Source: Haliotis rubra (lineage: Eukaryota). From it: DNA of 64,000 nt. This document shows positions 17,466-37,160 of the stretch, piece by piece (the stretch's first letter is position 1; each line of letters begins with the position of its first letter). Made by a program: the position numbers and the translations under genes. The DNA lies in assembly GCF_003918875.1 (NCBI RefSeq), contig NW_025767224.1, positions 806,001-870,000 on the forward strand, in the 5' to 3' direction. The notes under the pieces were generated by a model. That model had not been told where the DNA came from and did not search any database. It saw only the letters and a list, made by a program, of their open reading frames with translations.

Positions 17466-17744
17466 CCCTTGATTGACTTTCATTGTCCCTTGATGATTCC
17501 TTGGTGGTTTATGATGATTCTTCGTAGAAGGTCAATGATTTGCTTATGATTCCTTGTTGATTCCTCAATCATTTTTTGATGATTTATTTGAAGTACCTTA
17601 GGGATCCCTGTATGATTCATGTAGATATGATTCCTTCTTTGTCCCCTTAATGCTTCTTTGACGATTATTTGATGATTTCTTAATGAACCCTTAATGATCT
17701 CTTTATGGCTCCCTTATAACCTTAGTGATCTCTACATCATGTCT

Positions 17745-19845
17745 GTACAGGAGAACGTCCGAGTATCTGTCCATTCGGGCCTCGTCTCCATTACCTTTCA
17801 GGAATGGACAGATACGAGAACTTTCTACGACTTAAAATACACTCAAACGTAACGGGGAATACAATGCAGATCAATGTACACCAAATATTTTTTCAGTTAA
17901 AACTTAATAAACCATTTCAGAATAAAATTATCGGCTTGTATTCGGTAAAAATATTAAATCAACTCTCCCGGTAGTGGAGACTCTTTGCGTCAAAGAACGA
18001 ACTGCCACTTTTCACGTGCGTTGTATGCGTGTAAACCCGTATGTCTCCATTACTTCAACAAATGAAATAACTCGCACGTGCTTTGTACCCGTGTTAACCC
18101 GTATGTCTCCATTACGTCAGCAAATGTCATACATCTCACGTTTGGTTTGTATAAACCCGTATGTTTCCATTACTCTAATAATACTATAAAATGCACGTGA
18201 TTTTGTGAGCGAAAACCCGATTACTTGAACCACGCGTGAGAAGACAGTCGTAAGGATGGACATCGATAGCTCAGATGTTGATGGCATGTTTTTGACCCAA
18301 TCAACATACATGACGCAATATTCGGATATATCTTCAGATGAAACTGCTGATAAAGTTATTGTTGGTGACGTTTTGGAGGGTTTTGGTGACAACATCACTC
18401 AGTCGGATGACGAGTTAGTGGCATCTTGTATAGTCGCTGAGAAGCAATCAACGTATGACACTACGTATGAAACTGACAAGAAGGGAGGGAACGCGTCGGA
18501 GACGTCGGTTACCCACAGTGGCAGTCGTTTTCACGAACCCGTTCCTGACAGCATACTAAATGATCTACAAACCAAAAAGTAAGTACACGTTCATTTCGGA
18601 TATTTACTTTAAATTTCGGATATTTACATTTAATTCTAGAATTTCTTTGAAAAGTATTAAAAGTAACGCGCACGATAAACTTTGACATTTGTACTTGATT
18701 TGTTTTGTATGTTTTCCCCGAACATGAAATGGAATTGGCATTTATAAAGTTATTGTGCAATAATAGTATTAAGCTAAATCTTACTCGTTTTCAGAAAGCT
18801 TCAGATATGTTACAACGTCATGTTGAGATTCGTATAGTTGATTCTGTTAGCGATTGTGTTTAAATTTTAGACCGTTCTCAGTTTACTGTCTGTCGTCAGT
18901 TTCGAACTCTTTTGAGTTTTTAAAGTTGAAGTTTAGTTTATAGTAGTTTATGATATCATACACTCTATATCTCGTCATTTGACTTTTGACCTTTCCGGTT
19001 TGCCGACAGCACAGCATCAAAAATGAAATGGGCTACAACTTTATTCGGAGAATGGCAAAGAAACAGAAACAAACTAGCAGCGGACACATCCAGGAACCTA
19101 AGCTCATTATGGTTCCACTGGAGGAAATGAGCGTTGGCGAACTGAACCATAGTATTTCTAGATTTGTCTGTGAGGTCCGACACATTTCCCGTCCGACACG
19201 TTACATGGACTTGCGACCTGCCTCCAATTACACATGGACAGCATTGACAAAGCCTACAAGTTCCTAACTAATGACGCCTTTTCGCAAATAAAGAACACCC
19301 AGGATAACATGATGAAACGTCGCGCTAAGGATCCATCCAGTAAGCCACCGGTTCAAGCCGAAGTGATCACGCCAGTGGAAGAGGAAGTTCTATGGGCAAA
19401 AGGTGTTCTTGGGCGTGATCACCCTGAGCAAGTATTGGACACTATTTTCTACTTGGTTGGGATTAATTTCGCCCTCAGGGGTGTCCAGGAACACCGAAAT
19501 TTGCGCGTCGGAAGGACTTCTCAGTTTTCGCCTGATCTATACTGAGGACGTCTTATCTAAGTCCAATCAGGGGGGGCCTTAAGCATCGGAAGTGTAAAAC
19601 AAAATCTGTGAGGGCCTATGAGAACGCTGACAAGCCAGAAAGGTGTTTGGTTGAACTCTTTGCAACATATTTAACCCATAGACCACCCCCAAAAACAGAC
19701 AGTGACCCCTTCTACTTGCGACCATTACGAAAATCGATGGGCGACATATGGTACAGCAGTTAAGCAGTTGGACGCCAGAGGCTAGCTGCTACGGTGACGG
19801 ACATTTGCCAAAGAGCTGGACTGACCGGACACAGAACGTCCAACT
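17745..19845 (+). mobile_element. Decayed Crypton-type (DUF3504/ZMYM-like tyrosine recombinase) element; ends uncertain
   Basis: ELNHSISRFVCEVR, QAEVITPVEEEVLWAKGVLG..LDTIFYLVGINFALRGVQEHRNLR, then SKSNQGG, PERCLVELF, FYLRPL, WYS, AGLTGHRT across frameshifts; likely intron starting GTAAGT at ~18579. Confidence 0.8.
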
Positions 19846-21184
19846 ATTCATCAATTAAAACACAAATGCTTTTATAAAATCATTCATATGCGACTATGCA
19901 TTTACATTATATATCTACAAAGTATAAGAAAGAATATGTATTACATATCAGTAATAATTTATAATATTTTCAACGCAAGACTCCCATATGTATATATTTT
20001 GTATGGTCAGTGACCGAATTTGTAACGAGTTCGGAATAACATCGTGGTATGTAGATTTGAATCTCCAGATCGGGAACTTTTTTGAAACCTTAATCACGAC
20101 ATGTTAACGAAGAAATATGTTTTTACAATATTTTTTACATTTATCCTTAACCCGAAGTACGGAATATTGGGAAAGTAAAATAACCTGTGGAAGTTGGTGC
20201 CTCCAAAAGAAGGACGTACGATAAAATTACACATAATAACCTGTGGCAGTTAGCGTGCACTCCATTGCAAGGGTTGTGTGGTGTGCTCAGAGCCTCCAAT
20301 AGAAGGAAGTACGATAAAAACCGACATGAAATCGTTTTTGGGGACATTGCATGATATCATAGAGGTATATACACAGTGTAAATGACTGCACAATATCAAT
20401 GAATAATTGATAAATATGATTTAAACGCACAGTTATAGGTTTACAACCAATAATATGTTTGTGCATTAACGAATGTCCAGATTTTAGTGGTGCTGTGTGG
20501 TATTGTGCATCGAGTCTAGGTCACAAATTAGTTGCAGTTAATCAAGTTAAGAACGTTTCTAGGACTTCAGTCCTGTACCAAATCGAAGCACATGTGACAC
20601 ATGTGGTTTAACCCTAGGCAAGTGAGGTTTTTTTTCAAAATTGCCTATGTTCACGTAACAGCGAATGGGTACCCGGTGGGGTAAGTTACAGCGCCTCAGA
20701 GGGAATTCATAACCAACCAATAACCAATTCATCCTATCAACTATATGAAAAGCAAATGAAACATGTACTCATTTTACAGCAAAACTGCAGTTATTCAACC
20801 AACTGAACTGACTCCCAAATTACATCAACAGCCATATTTGTTTGTATTTTGACATGTTTTATCTCAAGATTAAATTCCAGTCAAGACAAAGTTCATCCCA
20901 TCACTCTCTTGCTTTTGTTCTTCCCTTTATGAAGCAGGAAGACTGTGATCACCGAACACTTCAGTGGGATACTTTGTAATTTCCCACAATAGTCTGTATC
21001 TTACTGTAACAACGCACCGCCACCAAATTCACATGGAACCAATTGCCCCCTGAAACCTCTTCTCAAAATCAGGTGCTCTAAAGACTTGAACAAGGCAAAA
21101 CAGCAGTTCAACCATCTGAATTGTTCACTAAACATCAGTGATGACAACCAATGTTTGCTAAACGGGTAGACATATCCAGGCTTA

Positions 21185-21352
21185 CAGGGGGGCGTGGGGT
21201 AGCCTAGTGGTTAAAGCGTTCACTCACGTCAAAGACCCGGGTTCGATTCCCCACATGGGTACAATTTGTGAAGTCTATTTTTGGTGTCTCCCGACGGGAT
21301 GTTGCTGGAATGTTGCTAAAAGCGGCGCAAAACCATACTCACTTACTCACTC
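21185..21352 (+). mobile_element. tRNA-derived SINE (family 1) with 11-bp TSD
   Basis: Same head and body as 10581-10749; ATCCAGGCTTA at 21174-21184 and 21353-21363. Confidence 0.9.
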
Positions 21353-22760
21353 ATCCAGGCTTAGGGATAGCACCCTCTTATCACATAATTTGTATGAAAC
21401 GTTTACTGAATGTTTGTTGCTCGAAACAGCACGGCAGTTTTCCTGCCATGTTTGAGAGCCTGACCACCCGATCCTTTTAGTCGCCTCTTAGGTTGCTGAA
21501 GTTCAGATCGAACACGGATCCACATGGGTTGGAGATATCTAATCAAGTGATTCTCACCTTTCAAGTCACACGACAGAGCATGTATCAATAGTATTGAAAC
21601 AAACAAAATGATCTTGATAATGTCTTCTGTGTACAAAAGCAGAAATTCTGCTGCTTATAAGTAAAGAAACATAAGAAATATGTTCGTACAAAAACAATTC
21701 ACTACAAATGTGCATTCTATCTGCTCCCTATTCTCACATAAAGTCCAATACGGCATTCTGTGCCTACATGATCTGTTTTTATCAAGAGAAATGATCCCCT
21801 TTAGCAGCATATACATATATTCATTTCTAAATGAAGGTATAACTGATTGCTTTCGGTTGGCCATTAAGAATGAGGAGTTAATAAATTATTGTTTTTACAC
21901 CATTTTGAAGACTATTTAAGTTATATACAGAAAAATCCGACTAGTGCATGTCTTACCACTTTGCTAGAACCCAGATCACAGAAACTAAATTATAACTGTA
22001 TTCCAGACAAAATAAGACCATGGACACCAGGACATGACAAGGGGGATGTATTTTAGTAATTGACCCCAGATCGTCGGCGTGACGAGCGAACACTTTCACC
22101 ACTGTACTATTCCTATGGCCCACCAAACAAGAACACGATTCACCCTCCTTCACACATACTAGGGACTCATTCTTAAATAGATGATACAGGTTCATCCATC
22201 TCTGTATGATCTTATGAATAAGTGAAGATACGTATGCATTTCGTATGTACAACAGACAAATACAAGGGTTTTACACATACTGAGTTGGAAAATCAAAGGT
22301 ATATAACGTGAGTATATACCTGTAAATGACTTTAATTAACCAATCACAATCCAGTATTTACTGAAGTCATGGTAGAATTCATTTTTGCATTTTTAAAAGT
22401 AAAATTTTTTATATATTAACAAACATAAAATGTCACCAAATTTCAGGCATGTAAATATTGTTAGATAAAGATATATTTTCACTTTATAATCAGGAGATAC
22501 TGGGTGACTAAATAAAGAACAACAGGAATATCTCCAGAAAAGAAGTGACAGCGTGGTGGAGGTATTTACGGTTTAACAATATTTCTACAAAATTTAGATA
22601 AGTTAATTTAACACCCCTTGTAAATCTGTAACAAGTACTGGAAAATCACCTTCAAAGTGAACATTCTTACCTCGTTTGTCTGGAATAAGTGATTAAGGTC
22701 AAGATTAAAAGCTCGGCTTACACAAATCCCTTTGATCATGTTCTGAGTATTGACGATTTG

Positions 22761-22917
22761 GTAATGAGCTTAGCAACGGTTACTAGCAATCAGCGTCCTT
22801 GACAACCGTCTGTCCACTACGTGTATATAAGTGTCCGGGCACCTGCTTTCAACATCAGACTTTCTCACCCCTGACAACTTGCAGTCCACGTGAGATCCAC
22901 ATCCACCTACAGCAATC
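22761..22917 (+). promoter_or_regulatory. Proximal promoter and 5'UTR of copy 3 (TATATAA 22824-22830; CTTAGCAAC 22769-22777; GTCCTTGACAAC 22795-22806)
   Basis: Conserved block shared by all copies. Confidence 0.8.
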
Positions 22918-25766
<2,849 letters not shown>

Positions 25767-26399
25767 TGCCTACCTTAAATGACTCTCAAATGTTCCTTTT
25801 GATGGAAAGACGGAATAAAAAATTGAAAAATATTGTTTCACTTGCCTTTCTCTTATTGCTTCACAAGTGTAAGACGTTAGGTATGTTATGCGACATTTAC
25901 TGCAAACCGTTACGGCATTGGTATGTCACGTGTACAAAAGGTAAGTTCTTAAATTTCAATAACTGGACAGTACAGAAGTAATTTTGGTATTTCTTTGTAT
26001 ATCCAACCACATACATACACGGGACACCACGAATAGGCTTCACACTCTGTACCATTGATGGAATCGAACCCTTCTTGTCGATGTCGGTGTTAACCACCCG
26101 GCAACCCCTCAGTACGTCACTGCCACAATTTCAGATATGGGTGAACGATTAGTAAAATGTATACACTTCTTTGGTGGAAAGATTGTTCAGGTAAATTGAC
26201 TAATTAATCATCAACAGAAACAAAGAATCAACAACAGAAAAACAAAGCAATAAAACCTGTTTATATAAATACCAACACTCTTCCATATTCCTAAAGCATT
26301 TGTGTCAATTTAAATGTCAGACCACACCATCGACATACGTGCTTGAGTTCCCAGCAAATAGCGCTGATGATGCCTCTATAGTGGAAAAAGCCAACCCCA

Positions 26400-26900
26400 A
26401 AACGCTTGAACATACGATATACACGTCCAAATAGGGGATGAACATGGCATCCGTTTTGTCACTGAAGCGTCAAATTTAGAAATTGTTGCATGTCTGCCAT
26501 TAAACTGTTTGAAAGTTTTACTAAATTTTGAAACCTTAGTCAAACAACTTTTGAGCAAATTCGTATGACGTTCATCGTGGGAAGAGCATGCTTGGCTGTA
26601 CCTTACACATTTTGAACACCAGCATGGCCCAGGATTGATATTCCAACAGGATGATGTCGTTCCACACTTGACGAGACTTGCACAAAGTGTACTGTCCTGT
26701 CATCTAATTCCCCGGATGTCTCCCCCCTTAGCATGTGTAGGATGAAACTGAGCGGCGTCTACGCCATGTGCCAAATCCGCCACATAACGTTTGTGATATA
26801 CCAGCAGAGTTGCAGAATATACAAGCCAATTCACAAGCCTTCCTTCGCCATTTGATGGACTCTATACGTCGGTGCGCTGGACTGCTATTCTCGACATTGT
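26400..26900 (+). mobile_element. Highly decayed Tc1-like DDE transposase relic
   Basis: TTCCAACAGGATGATGTCGTTCCACAC = FQQDDVVPH (cf. FQQDNARPH) at 26641; degraded EHVWDEL.RR-like codons at ~26720-26765. Confidence 0.55.
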
Positions 26901-27777
26901 GACATTGCTGCTTGGACTCGTACCATCGATGTCACTGACATTAAACATGCTGCATATGGAGATGTTGTATTTCTGTTATATTTTCAAATTTATCATGAAT
27001 GTTTTATTGTTGGGGCAGTGAGTGACTGAGTTTGGTTCTACGCCGCTGTGGGGATACTATATGTGCAATGTCTATATAGAATCAGTTCATGAATAGCACA
27101 TCAGCTATAACAAAGCACTCCAAGTCTGCTGGTTAACCTTGTGTGGCGCAACCTGTGCGAGGTTTCACTGGTAGAGTGAACTCAGAAGAAGCATTATTTC
27201 ATGTCATATTTTGTGAAAGCATGAAAAACATCTGTAAAATGCTGAAGTACCTAAAACATGCATACACCCCATTTGTATGTTTATAACGTTCATCAGCAGA
27301 TAATGACTGTCACTAATACGAGCTCATTCTGAAATACTTTACATATTGTTTGATGTTTGTCAAGTCTCCAAACATTTTTCTGAAACGTTTTACGTGTGTC
27401 ACGCAACGAAGTGATATTCTACATTAGACAATCACATATTGTTATGTTTTCGTACAATCGATCTTGCGATCACTTTTGAATTGGTGTAGGTGCTGTGTAG
27501 GTGGTGTAGTGGACAAAGCTGCTCACCAGAAGGTGGGTGGTTCGATCCCCTGGGCTCAACATATCAATAGACGTTCAATATAGATCCTGTCCGTGTGGGA
27601 GTCGTTCAGTGAGTCTAAGTGTGGCTTTTGTTCTTGTCCGCTCTAAGGCCTGTATTTGTGTGGTTAGTGTTGGTGACTGAAGTAGGGCCCCAGTTTGATT
27701 TCTCTGAAACTTAAAGTGTGTAAAATTAACTGAGATTGATTTAATCCATACACGTTTTTACCTCACGCGGGTCATAT

Positions 27778-27899
27778 TCTGTCACTTACAGTCGGTTTGA
27801 GACAAAATGATACCGATGAATTGCAATCTAACACCAAAACAAATAGACATAAAAGAATCATTTTATCATTTTATCTCAAACGGACTGTAAATGGTCAGA
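27778..27899. repeat. ~35-bp imperfect inverted repeat with ~50-bp spacer (small MITE or foldback)
   Basis: TCTGTCACTTACAGTCGGTTTGAGACAAAATGATA vs TATCATTTTATCTCAAACGGACTGTAAATGGTCAGA. Confidence 0.65.
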
Positions 27900-28382
27900 G
27901 GAATACACTAAACGCCAAAAGAAACGTTACCCTCCTACATTTATGAATTACTTAAAAATTATCAAAGATATGTTAGAAGGTATTAGTTTACAAGAAAGCT
28001 TAACAACACAGCTTTATGCAAATCTCGAAAAAACAACTCTCAAATGCATTCATATGTAGGTGAAATGCATCTTTTTCAGAAGAGTTCAATTGTCCTATAT
28101 TCGTCCATGCCGAAATAAACCAATAACAGTGACTTAGATGTCCAAGAGAAAGGTTGCAATAAAATTCTGGCTTGACACAAAGATAACCATTTAAAGTCAC
28201 CATTTTAAAACCATTAAAACAAGAAACAAATGTTGTAGAGTGTGTACAATTGTAAAATAATAATTCCTATTATTTCAGTCTTTTAAAACATTTTCTGCTG
28301 ATTTGCATTAGTGAAAACAAATAAAACGTGTCTTTGATATTGTGAAAAAATGTTTAGGAACATCTAAAATTATCTTTGTTAA

Positions 28383-29417
28383 AGGTCACATGCAACCAAA
28401 AAATCAAACCTAATTAAAACACAATTACCACTTATTCATGACATATAATATACATTGCTGATTATGAAAAAAACATATAAACAAAATTATAAGCATACAA
28501 TCGCAAATCAAAAGTGCAATATTGTGTACTTGGGTTTACTTCCCAAGAAACGAAGCAGCCGGGATACCGAACCCAGTCAGAGCGGGTGGGTGTGCACTCA
28601 AGTGTGTGTGTATATATAGAGATGTTGGGTTTTGTAAATACATGCTCATTTTTTGTGTATAACATTTTGCAATCAACAGACATCATAACATGTCATGTGT
28701 TCAAGTATCACACCTGCCTGTCTGTGTAATTACATAATGTGACAGCGACCGAATTTGGGCCATAAATCAACGCGTTTTGTTTATGGTGTATAGCCTGATT
28801 GGTGTTAAGTTCAAATTGCATGTGGTCAGTGATCGCAGTTGTGTATTGAATATTGTCATTAGCAGACAGGCAGGCAGACACACAGGTGTCAATAAAACAA
28901 GACATTCAGTTTTGTCTGTGACAACGACATATCTATATCACAGTTAGAAATTCTGTACAACGCTAAATAATGACATTGCTTTTAAGTATCGAACTGAGAA
29001 AGTGACTCGGTAAGAAGAACGTGTGGTGAAATAGACAAATGAAATTATATAAACAGTTTATTTACTGTCATAACATATAAAAAGCTCGCGCCTGTGAGAT
29101 ATCAACAAAACATTAGGAAAATAGCTCACACCAAAAGCCTTCACCGAGTATTCACCGGACAGCCCGCTTCCAAGTTGCGCGAACCTATTTCACTGCGCAC
29201 GTGCTATGAGCGCAGCCCAGCTGTTGAAACCAGTTTTCCCCAGAAAAGTCTGGGGAAAATTAGTGAATCGTTTGAACTACAATTTCGCGCGGGTTTTTTC
29301 ATCGCGTTATTTTTCAACTTTATAAGTTGAATTTGCATTTTTGATGATTTGTTTCGGTAAATCCATACCGAAAGGTATCAGAATCTGCAAAGTTGTGTTT
29401 TACGTTGCATGTGACCT
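28383..29417. mobile_element. Non-autonomous DNA transposon, Kolobok-like (AGG...CCT ends, TTAA site)
   Basis: Perfect 14-bp TIR AGGTCACATGCAAC / GTTGCATGTGACCT flanked by TTAA (28379-28382) and TTAC (29418-29421); no coding capacity. Confidence 0.75.
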
Positions 29418-29588
29418 TTACTTAACATTTTTCTTTGCAAAGTTATATTTTTGTTTACACATAGCAATAGCAATCGCCACAACGCAGCAATATTCAAGCA
29501 GTATTAGCATCTGTTTCACGTGTAGAATGATTCTATAGGGTATGAAGAGAGCCTAGAATGCATGATATGATACACAAGTACGAGAAAT

Positions 29589-29810
29589 ATGCCACGATTA
29601 ACAGCTGAAGAGAGAAAGAACCATTGTAATGGTGCAGATGGGGTCAACATACAATGCTGTTGCCAACGCCCTCGGATGCCAACGTATCACGGTTTATAAG
29701 ACTGATTCAGGGCTTCAGACAGACTGGGGTCTCCGTAGACAGACCAGAAGTGGACTTCCATGCATCCCAACGCCAGCTGAATATAGGCACCTCCGTCATT
29801 TAGGAAGGAT
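29589..29810 (+). mobile_element. Decayed N-terminal (paired-like HTH) fragment of a Tc1-like transposase
   Basis: MPRLTAEER..MVQMGSTYNAVANALGC..RSGLPCIPTPAEYRHLR resembles the Tc1 RSGRPR.TT..EDR.I linker. Confidence 0.55.
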
Positions 29811-30254
29811 GGTAACGTTTGTTTTGGCGTTTAGTGTATATATATCTACTCTCGCTAAAGTTACTGGCGGTATAGTTTATGAATATCTATTGAGCAGTGA
29901 GTGATTATTTCCTTAGCTATGGCATGTTACACAGCTGCATCACGCACTGCCTTCTCAGAGCTACACGTTGTATCTTATCAAGATGTAACATATGAAGATT
30001 CGGGTTACAATTTATCTTCAGCAACACGTGCTTCTCGCAAGAGGCGACTAACAGGATCGGATCGTCATCGTATGCCATTTGCGTCAATTGACACTCATGA
30101 TGTTGATCACTGGATTGTCTGATCCAGAGTTCTTCACAGACCGCCGCCATGAAGCAGTAAGATTGCTGAGTGCGACATTAAACAACAAAACACCAAACGA
30201 ACCTGTGCAATACATGTATATACCATATGCTATTCGGCCAATCAGGAAGTAGGG

Positions 30255-30517
30255 GTGTGAGCATTATTTTAATCCACTGTTTGCAATACTCCAGCAATAT
30301 TGCGATGGTGGACACCAGAAATCGACTTTGGATTGGAGAGTAGAACCCAGGAAGTAAAGCTTTAACCACCAGGCTAATCCACTGCCCCGCAATCAGGAAT
30401 TAAAATGGCAGGAAAGTTCATGTCAAATCTGTTACGGGCAATCCAAAAAAGCTTCTGAACACTGCTATTGGAACTGCTCGTTCAACACGAATTAATACCC
30501 GGTTTCCATAAAATATG

Positions 30518-30552
<35 letters not shown>

Positions 30553-30907
30553 CAAATAAATAAAACACGCACGAAATGGGTTTGATATGAGAACCTTGTG
30601 CGCAAAATTGAGCACAGCACTCAATCACACTCTCACTAAGAAATGTATGCCTTGATTTACATTTCTAGACGGCGTATTGACTTTAATGTTCAATAGCAAA
30701 ATCTTGCCTGCTTTTCCTACAAAATACTTCGTATATTCACAATGTTGGGTGGGAAATTGATCTGAGGCCATGGGGTAGCCTAGCGGTTAAAGCGTTCGCT
30801 CGTCACATGGGATTCAAGCCCTTTTCTGGTGTACCATCCCCCCCCTCCCTCGCCCCGTGATATTGCTAGAATATTGCTAAAAGTGGCTTAAAACGCTCAC
30901 TTACTCA
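30255..30907. mobile_element. Two degenerate family-1 SINEs (30255-30390 minus; 30770-30907 plus) around a (GT)n run at 30520-30550
   Basis: Partial matches to the SINE head and tail. Confidence 0.7.
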
Positions 30908-31354
30908 AGTGCAGCATACATGTGTCCTTGTGTTAGACTTGAAACACCGTCTACACCATTACAAGCTGGCACGCACACGCGTGCATTCACGTCGTTGTTC
31001 ATGTGCATTAACTTTGAACGCGAACATTCCCATTTCTTCTTTTATTAAGCCAAGGTCGTCAGTTTATGCGCTGAGTTTCGCACTCTTTTCTAGATCATGC
31101 ACAATAACCCTTAGCAAATGCATAATATATACATGCATGCAAGAATCGAATTGGAGTCATCGTACGTTGACTGTTGAGTGATTAGAGGGCTTATTACAGC
31201 TTGCCAGGTGGATTATCCAGGAAACAATCCCTAATGATGTGAGCAGCGAGCTGAGAGTCCACCCACCCAACAGATGAGTGTCTCACTCGGGCATATGTCG
31301 CTAGTCTCCTTGCTCTCTATGCCCAATTAACCCTTTGCAATTACGCCAGCGACA

Positions 31355-31490
31355 GTCGTTACGGATTAGCGTCCTTGACAACCGGCTGTCCGTCTGTATA
31401 TAAGTGTCCGGGCACCTGCTCTCAACATCAGACTTTCTCACCCCTGACAACTTACAGTCCACGTGAGATCCACATCTACCTATAACAATC
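31355..31490 (+). promoter_or_regulatory. Proximal promoter and 5'UTR of copy 4 (TATATAA 31397-31403; GTCCTTGACAAC 31371-31382)
   Basis: Conserved block shared by all copies. Confidence 0.8.
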
Positions 31491-34047
<2,557 letters not shown>

Positions 34048-35684
34048 TGCTACCCTTCAATGACACATGTTCCCTTGGTGGAATGACCGAATAAAAAACT
34101 TAGAAACTTATATTTTCCCTTTGTCAATGCATGTTATAACGATCTATTTTACTTGCTTGCATTGTCTTGCTTGACAACATCATGAAACAAAGAGGTTTCA
34201 TTTACACAACACAATTTGAATAGAGCCTACTTACAGTCCTCATTTTACGCAATGAAGTTCCCGATGGGACATATAATATACATCATTTGCATGTGTGTAT
34301 AGCGGGGAGAGGTTAGGGTGAAGTATATTAGTACTACAAAGTGACAGTTAGGTTCCTTGAATGGGACAGTCATATGTTATTGACAAATATTTCAATTTTA
34401 CTGATTTTCTTCAATCTGTAAACGGCAGCGGACCACACTGACTTCCGTAATTAGACCGGCACTACACATTGATCCTACATGACTCAAGCAGAGTGGCAGC
34501 TGAATGGAAGCCTGGAAGGTATCCACACCATGATATATAGCTCTGTTTCGGTGTATCTGGATGTCCTGTAGATAAACTGAAAGTACTCCAGTATTGCATC
34601 TTCCAGATATATCACTGCCGGGGAGGCCCGAATGTGGCTTCACACACTGTACCCATGCAGAGAATCGAACCTGGATCTTAAACTACTCGGCTGCGATACT
34701 GATCCCACGTGTGAGTGAGAACGTGAGTTAATGTTGTTTTACGAGACCGTCAGCTAGATCACGTCACAGTGCCAATTCTGGATTGACCATTGGGGTAAGG
34801 CGAGACACAGTAAGCCGGTTCCAGATCGTAACATCATTTGGTTACTATCACATTGGTGCCGCAGCGCCACATCACAGGCTGAGATAACTGTCAAATGTAG
34901 AACTGTAAACTGTGTGTCCCTGTGAGCGAACTAATGCTAGTCTGTCCAGCCACAGGTCAGTACATAACCAGTTACTGATTCCCGATCTTCTCATCCTGAT
35001 ACAAGCCTGGCATATGATGGAGTGGTGCTCATCCATATCGGAAGAGAACAAAGTCAAACATACAGAAAACCATACGTATTTTACAAAGTGTGCAAATATC
35101 GACTCGTATAGCAACATTCAAACGATACAAAATATAGTAATCACAAAAGAGGCTGTAGGTAATTAAATACATTTTCAGAATCAAAATCAAAACGCTTTTC
35201 TCGAATAGTCATAGGCTGTCCATATTATATAAAGAAACATGTTGCATTGAATTATCTGGGAACAGGGTTTCCAGTCAGGCAGGAGCCGAAGGGAGAATGA
35301 GATGTGGTGGTGCTGTAGAGGTAGCCAATGTCGGCGTGACCTGTATCGTTCAGTATAGACCTTCGTTTGACCTCATTATGAATTTGTAGAACGTCGACAT
35401 ATTTGCATGTTGAACACCTTTTGAGACTTTTCTTTGCAACACGCCACGAGTATTTTCCATCTGGAACAATGTCTGTTAGTGGATACTGTCTTATGTCGAC
35501 ATTTTTGTTCCCAGAACACAGCACTAGCGAGGTCAAACAGGTGGCTTTGGAGTATTGGAGAGGTGACAATGGCGTCGTCGGAGCACAATACAAGATAGGT
35601 GCAATTTGTGTCATTTAAACGCAATTCATGAGAGGTGCGATTGTGGTATTTAAACACAATAGAATAGTGGTGCCACTTGCGTTA

Positions 35685-37160
35685 TAGAGAGGTGATACTG
35701 ATGTCTTTGGAACACAACACTAGAGAGGTGATACTAGTGACTTTAGAACACAACACTAGAGAGGTGATACTGATGTCTTTGGAACAAAACACTAGAGAGG
35801 TGATACTGATGTCTTTGGAACACAAGACTAGAGAGGTGATACTAGTGACTTTAGAACACAACACTAGAGAGGTGATACTGGTGACTTTAGAACACAACAC
35901 TAGAGAGGTGATACTGATGACTTTAGAACACAACACTAGAGAGGTGATACTGATGACTTTAGAACACAACACTAGAGAGGTGATACTGATGTCTTTGGAA
36001 CACAACACTAGAGAGGTGATACTGATGTCTTTGGAACACAACACTAGAGAGGTGATACCAGTGACTTTAGAACACAACACTAGAGAGGTGATACTGGTGA
36101 CTTTAGAACACAACACTAGAGAGGTGATACTGATGACTTTAGAACACAACACTAGAGAGGTGATACTGATGACTTTAGAACACAACACTAGAGAGGTGAT
36201 ACTGATGTCTTTGGAACACAACACTAGAGAGGTGATACTGATGACTTTAGAACACAACACTAGAGAGGTGATACTGGTGACTTTAGAACACAACACTAGA
36301 GAGGTGATACTGATGACTTTAGAACACAACACTAGAGAGGTGATACTGATGACTTTAAACACAACACTAGAGAGGTGATACTGATGTCTTTGGAACACAA
36401 CACTAGAGAGGTGATACTGATGTCTTTGGAACACAACACTAGAGAGGTGATACTAGTGACTTTAGAACACAACACTAGAGAGGTGATACTGGTGACTTTA
36501 GAACACAACACTAGAGAGGTGATACTGATGACTTTAGAACACAACACTAGAGAGGTGATACTGATGACTTTAGAACACAACACTAGAGAGGTGATACTGA
36601 TGTCTTTGGAATACAACACTAGAGAGGTGATACTAGTGACTTTAGAACACAACACTAGAGAGGTGATACTGGTGACTTTAGAACACAACACTAGAGAGGT
36701 GATACTAGTGACTTTTAGAACACAACACTAGAGAGGTGATACTGGTGACTTTAGAACACAACACTAGAGAGGTGATACTGATGACTTTGGAATACACAAC
36801 ACTAGAGAGGTGATACTGATGTCTTTGGAATACAACACTAGAGAGGTGATACTGGTGACTTTAGAACACAACACTAGAGAGGTGATACTGGTGACTTTAG
36901 AACACAACACTAGAGAGGTGATACTGGTGACTTTAGAACACAACACTAGAGAGGTGATACTGGTGACTTTAGAACACAACACTAGAGAGGTGATACTGAT
37001 GACTTTAGAACACAACACTAGAGAGGTGATACTGGTGACTTTAGAACACAACACTAGAGAGGTGATACTGATGACTTTAGAACACACTGCTGGAGGGGTG
37101 ACACAGGTGACCTTGGAACACAATACCAGAGAGGTGACACTTGTGTCTTTGGAACACAAT
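35685..37160. repeat. 36-bp minisatellite, ~41 copies, with degenerate units on both flanks
   Basis: ACTAGAGAGGTGATACT(G/A)(A/G)TG(T/A)CTTT(G/A)GAACACAAC contiguous, no spacers. Confidence 0.98.

Noticed and set aside
22265-22380. Short segment reminiscent of non-autonomous Crypton termini (CCAATCACAATCCAGTATTTACTGAAGTCATGGTAGAAT)
   Set aside because: Based on recollection only; no partner end or second copy in the window
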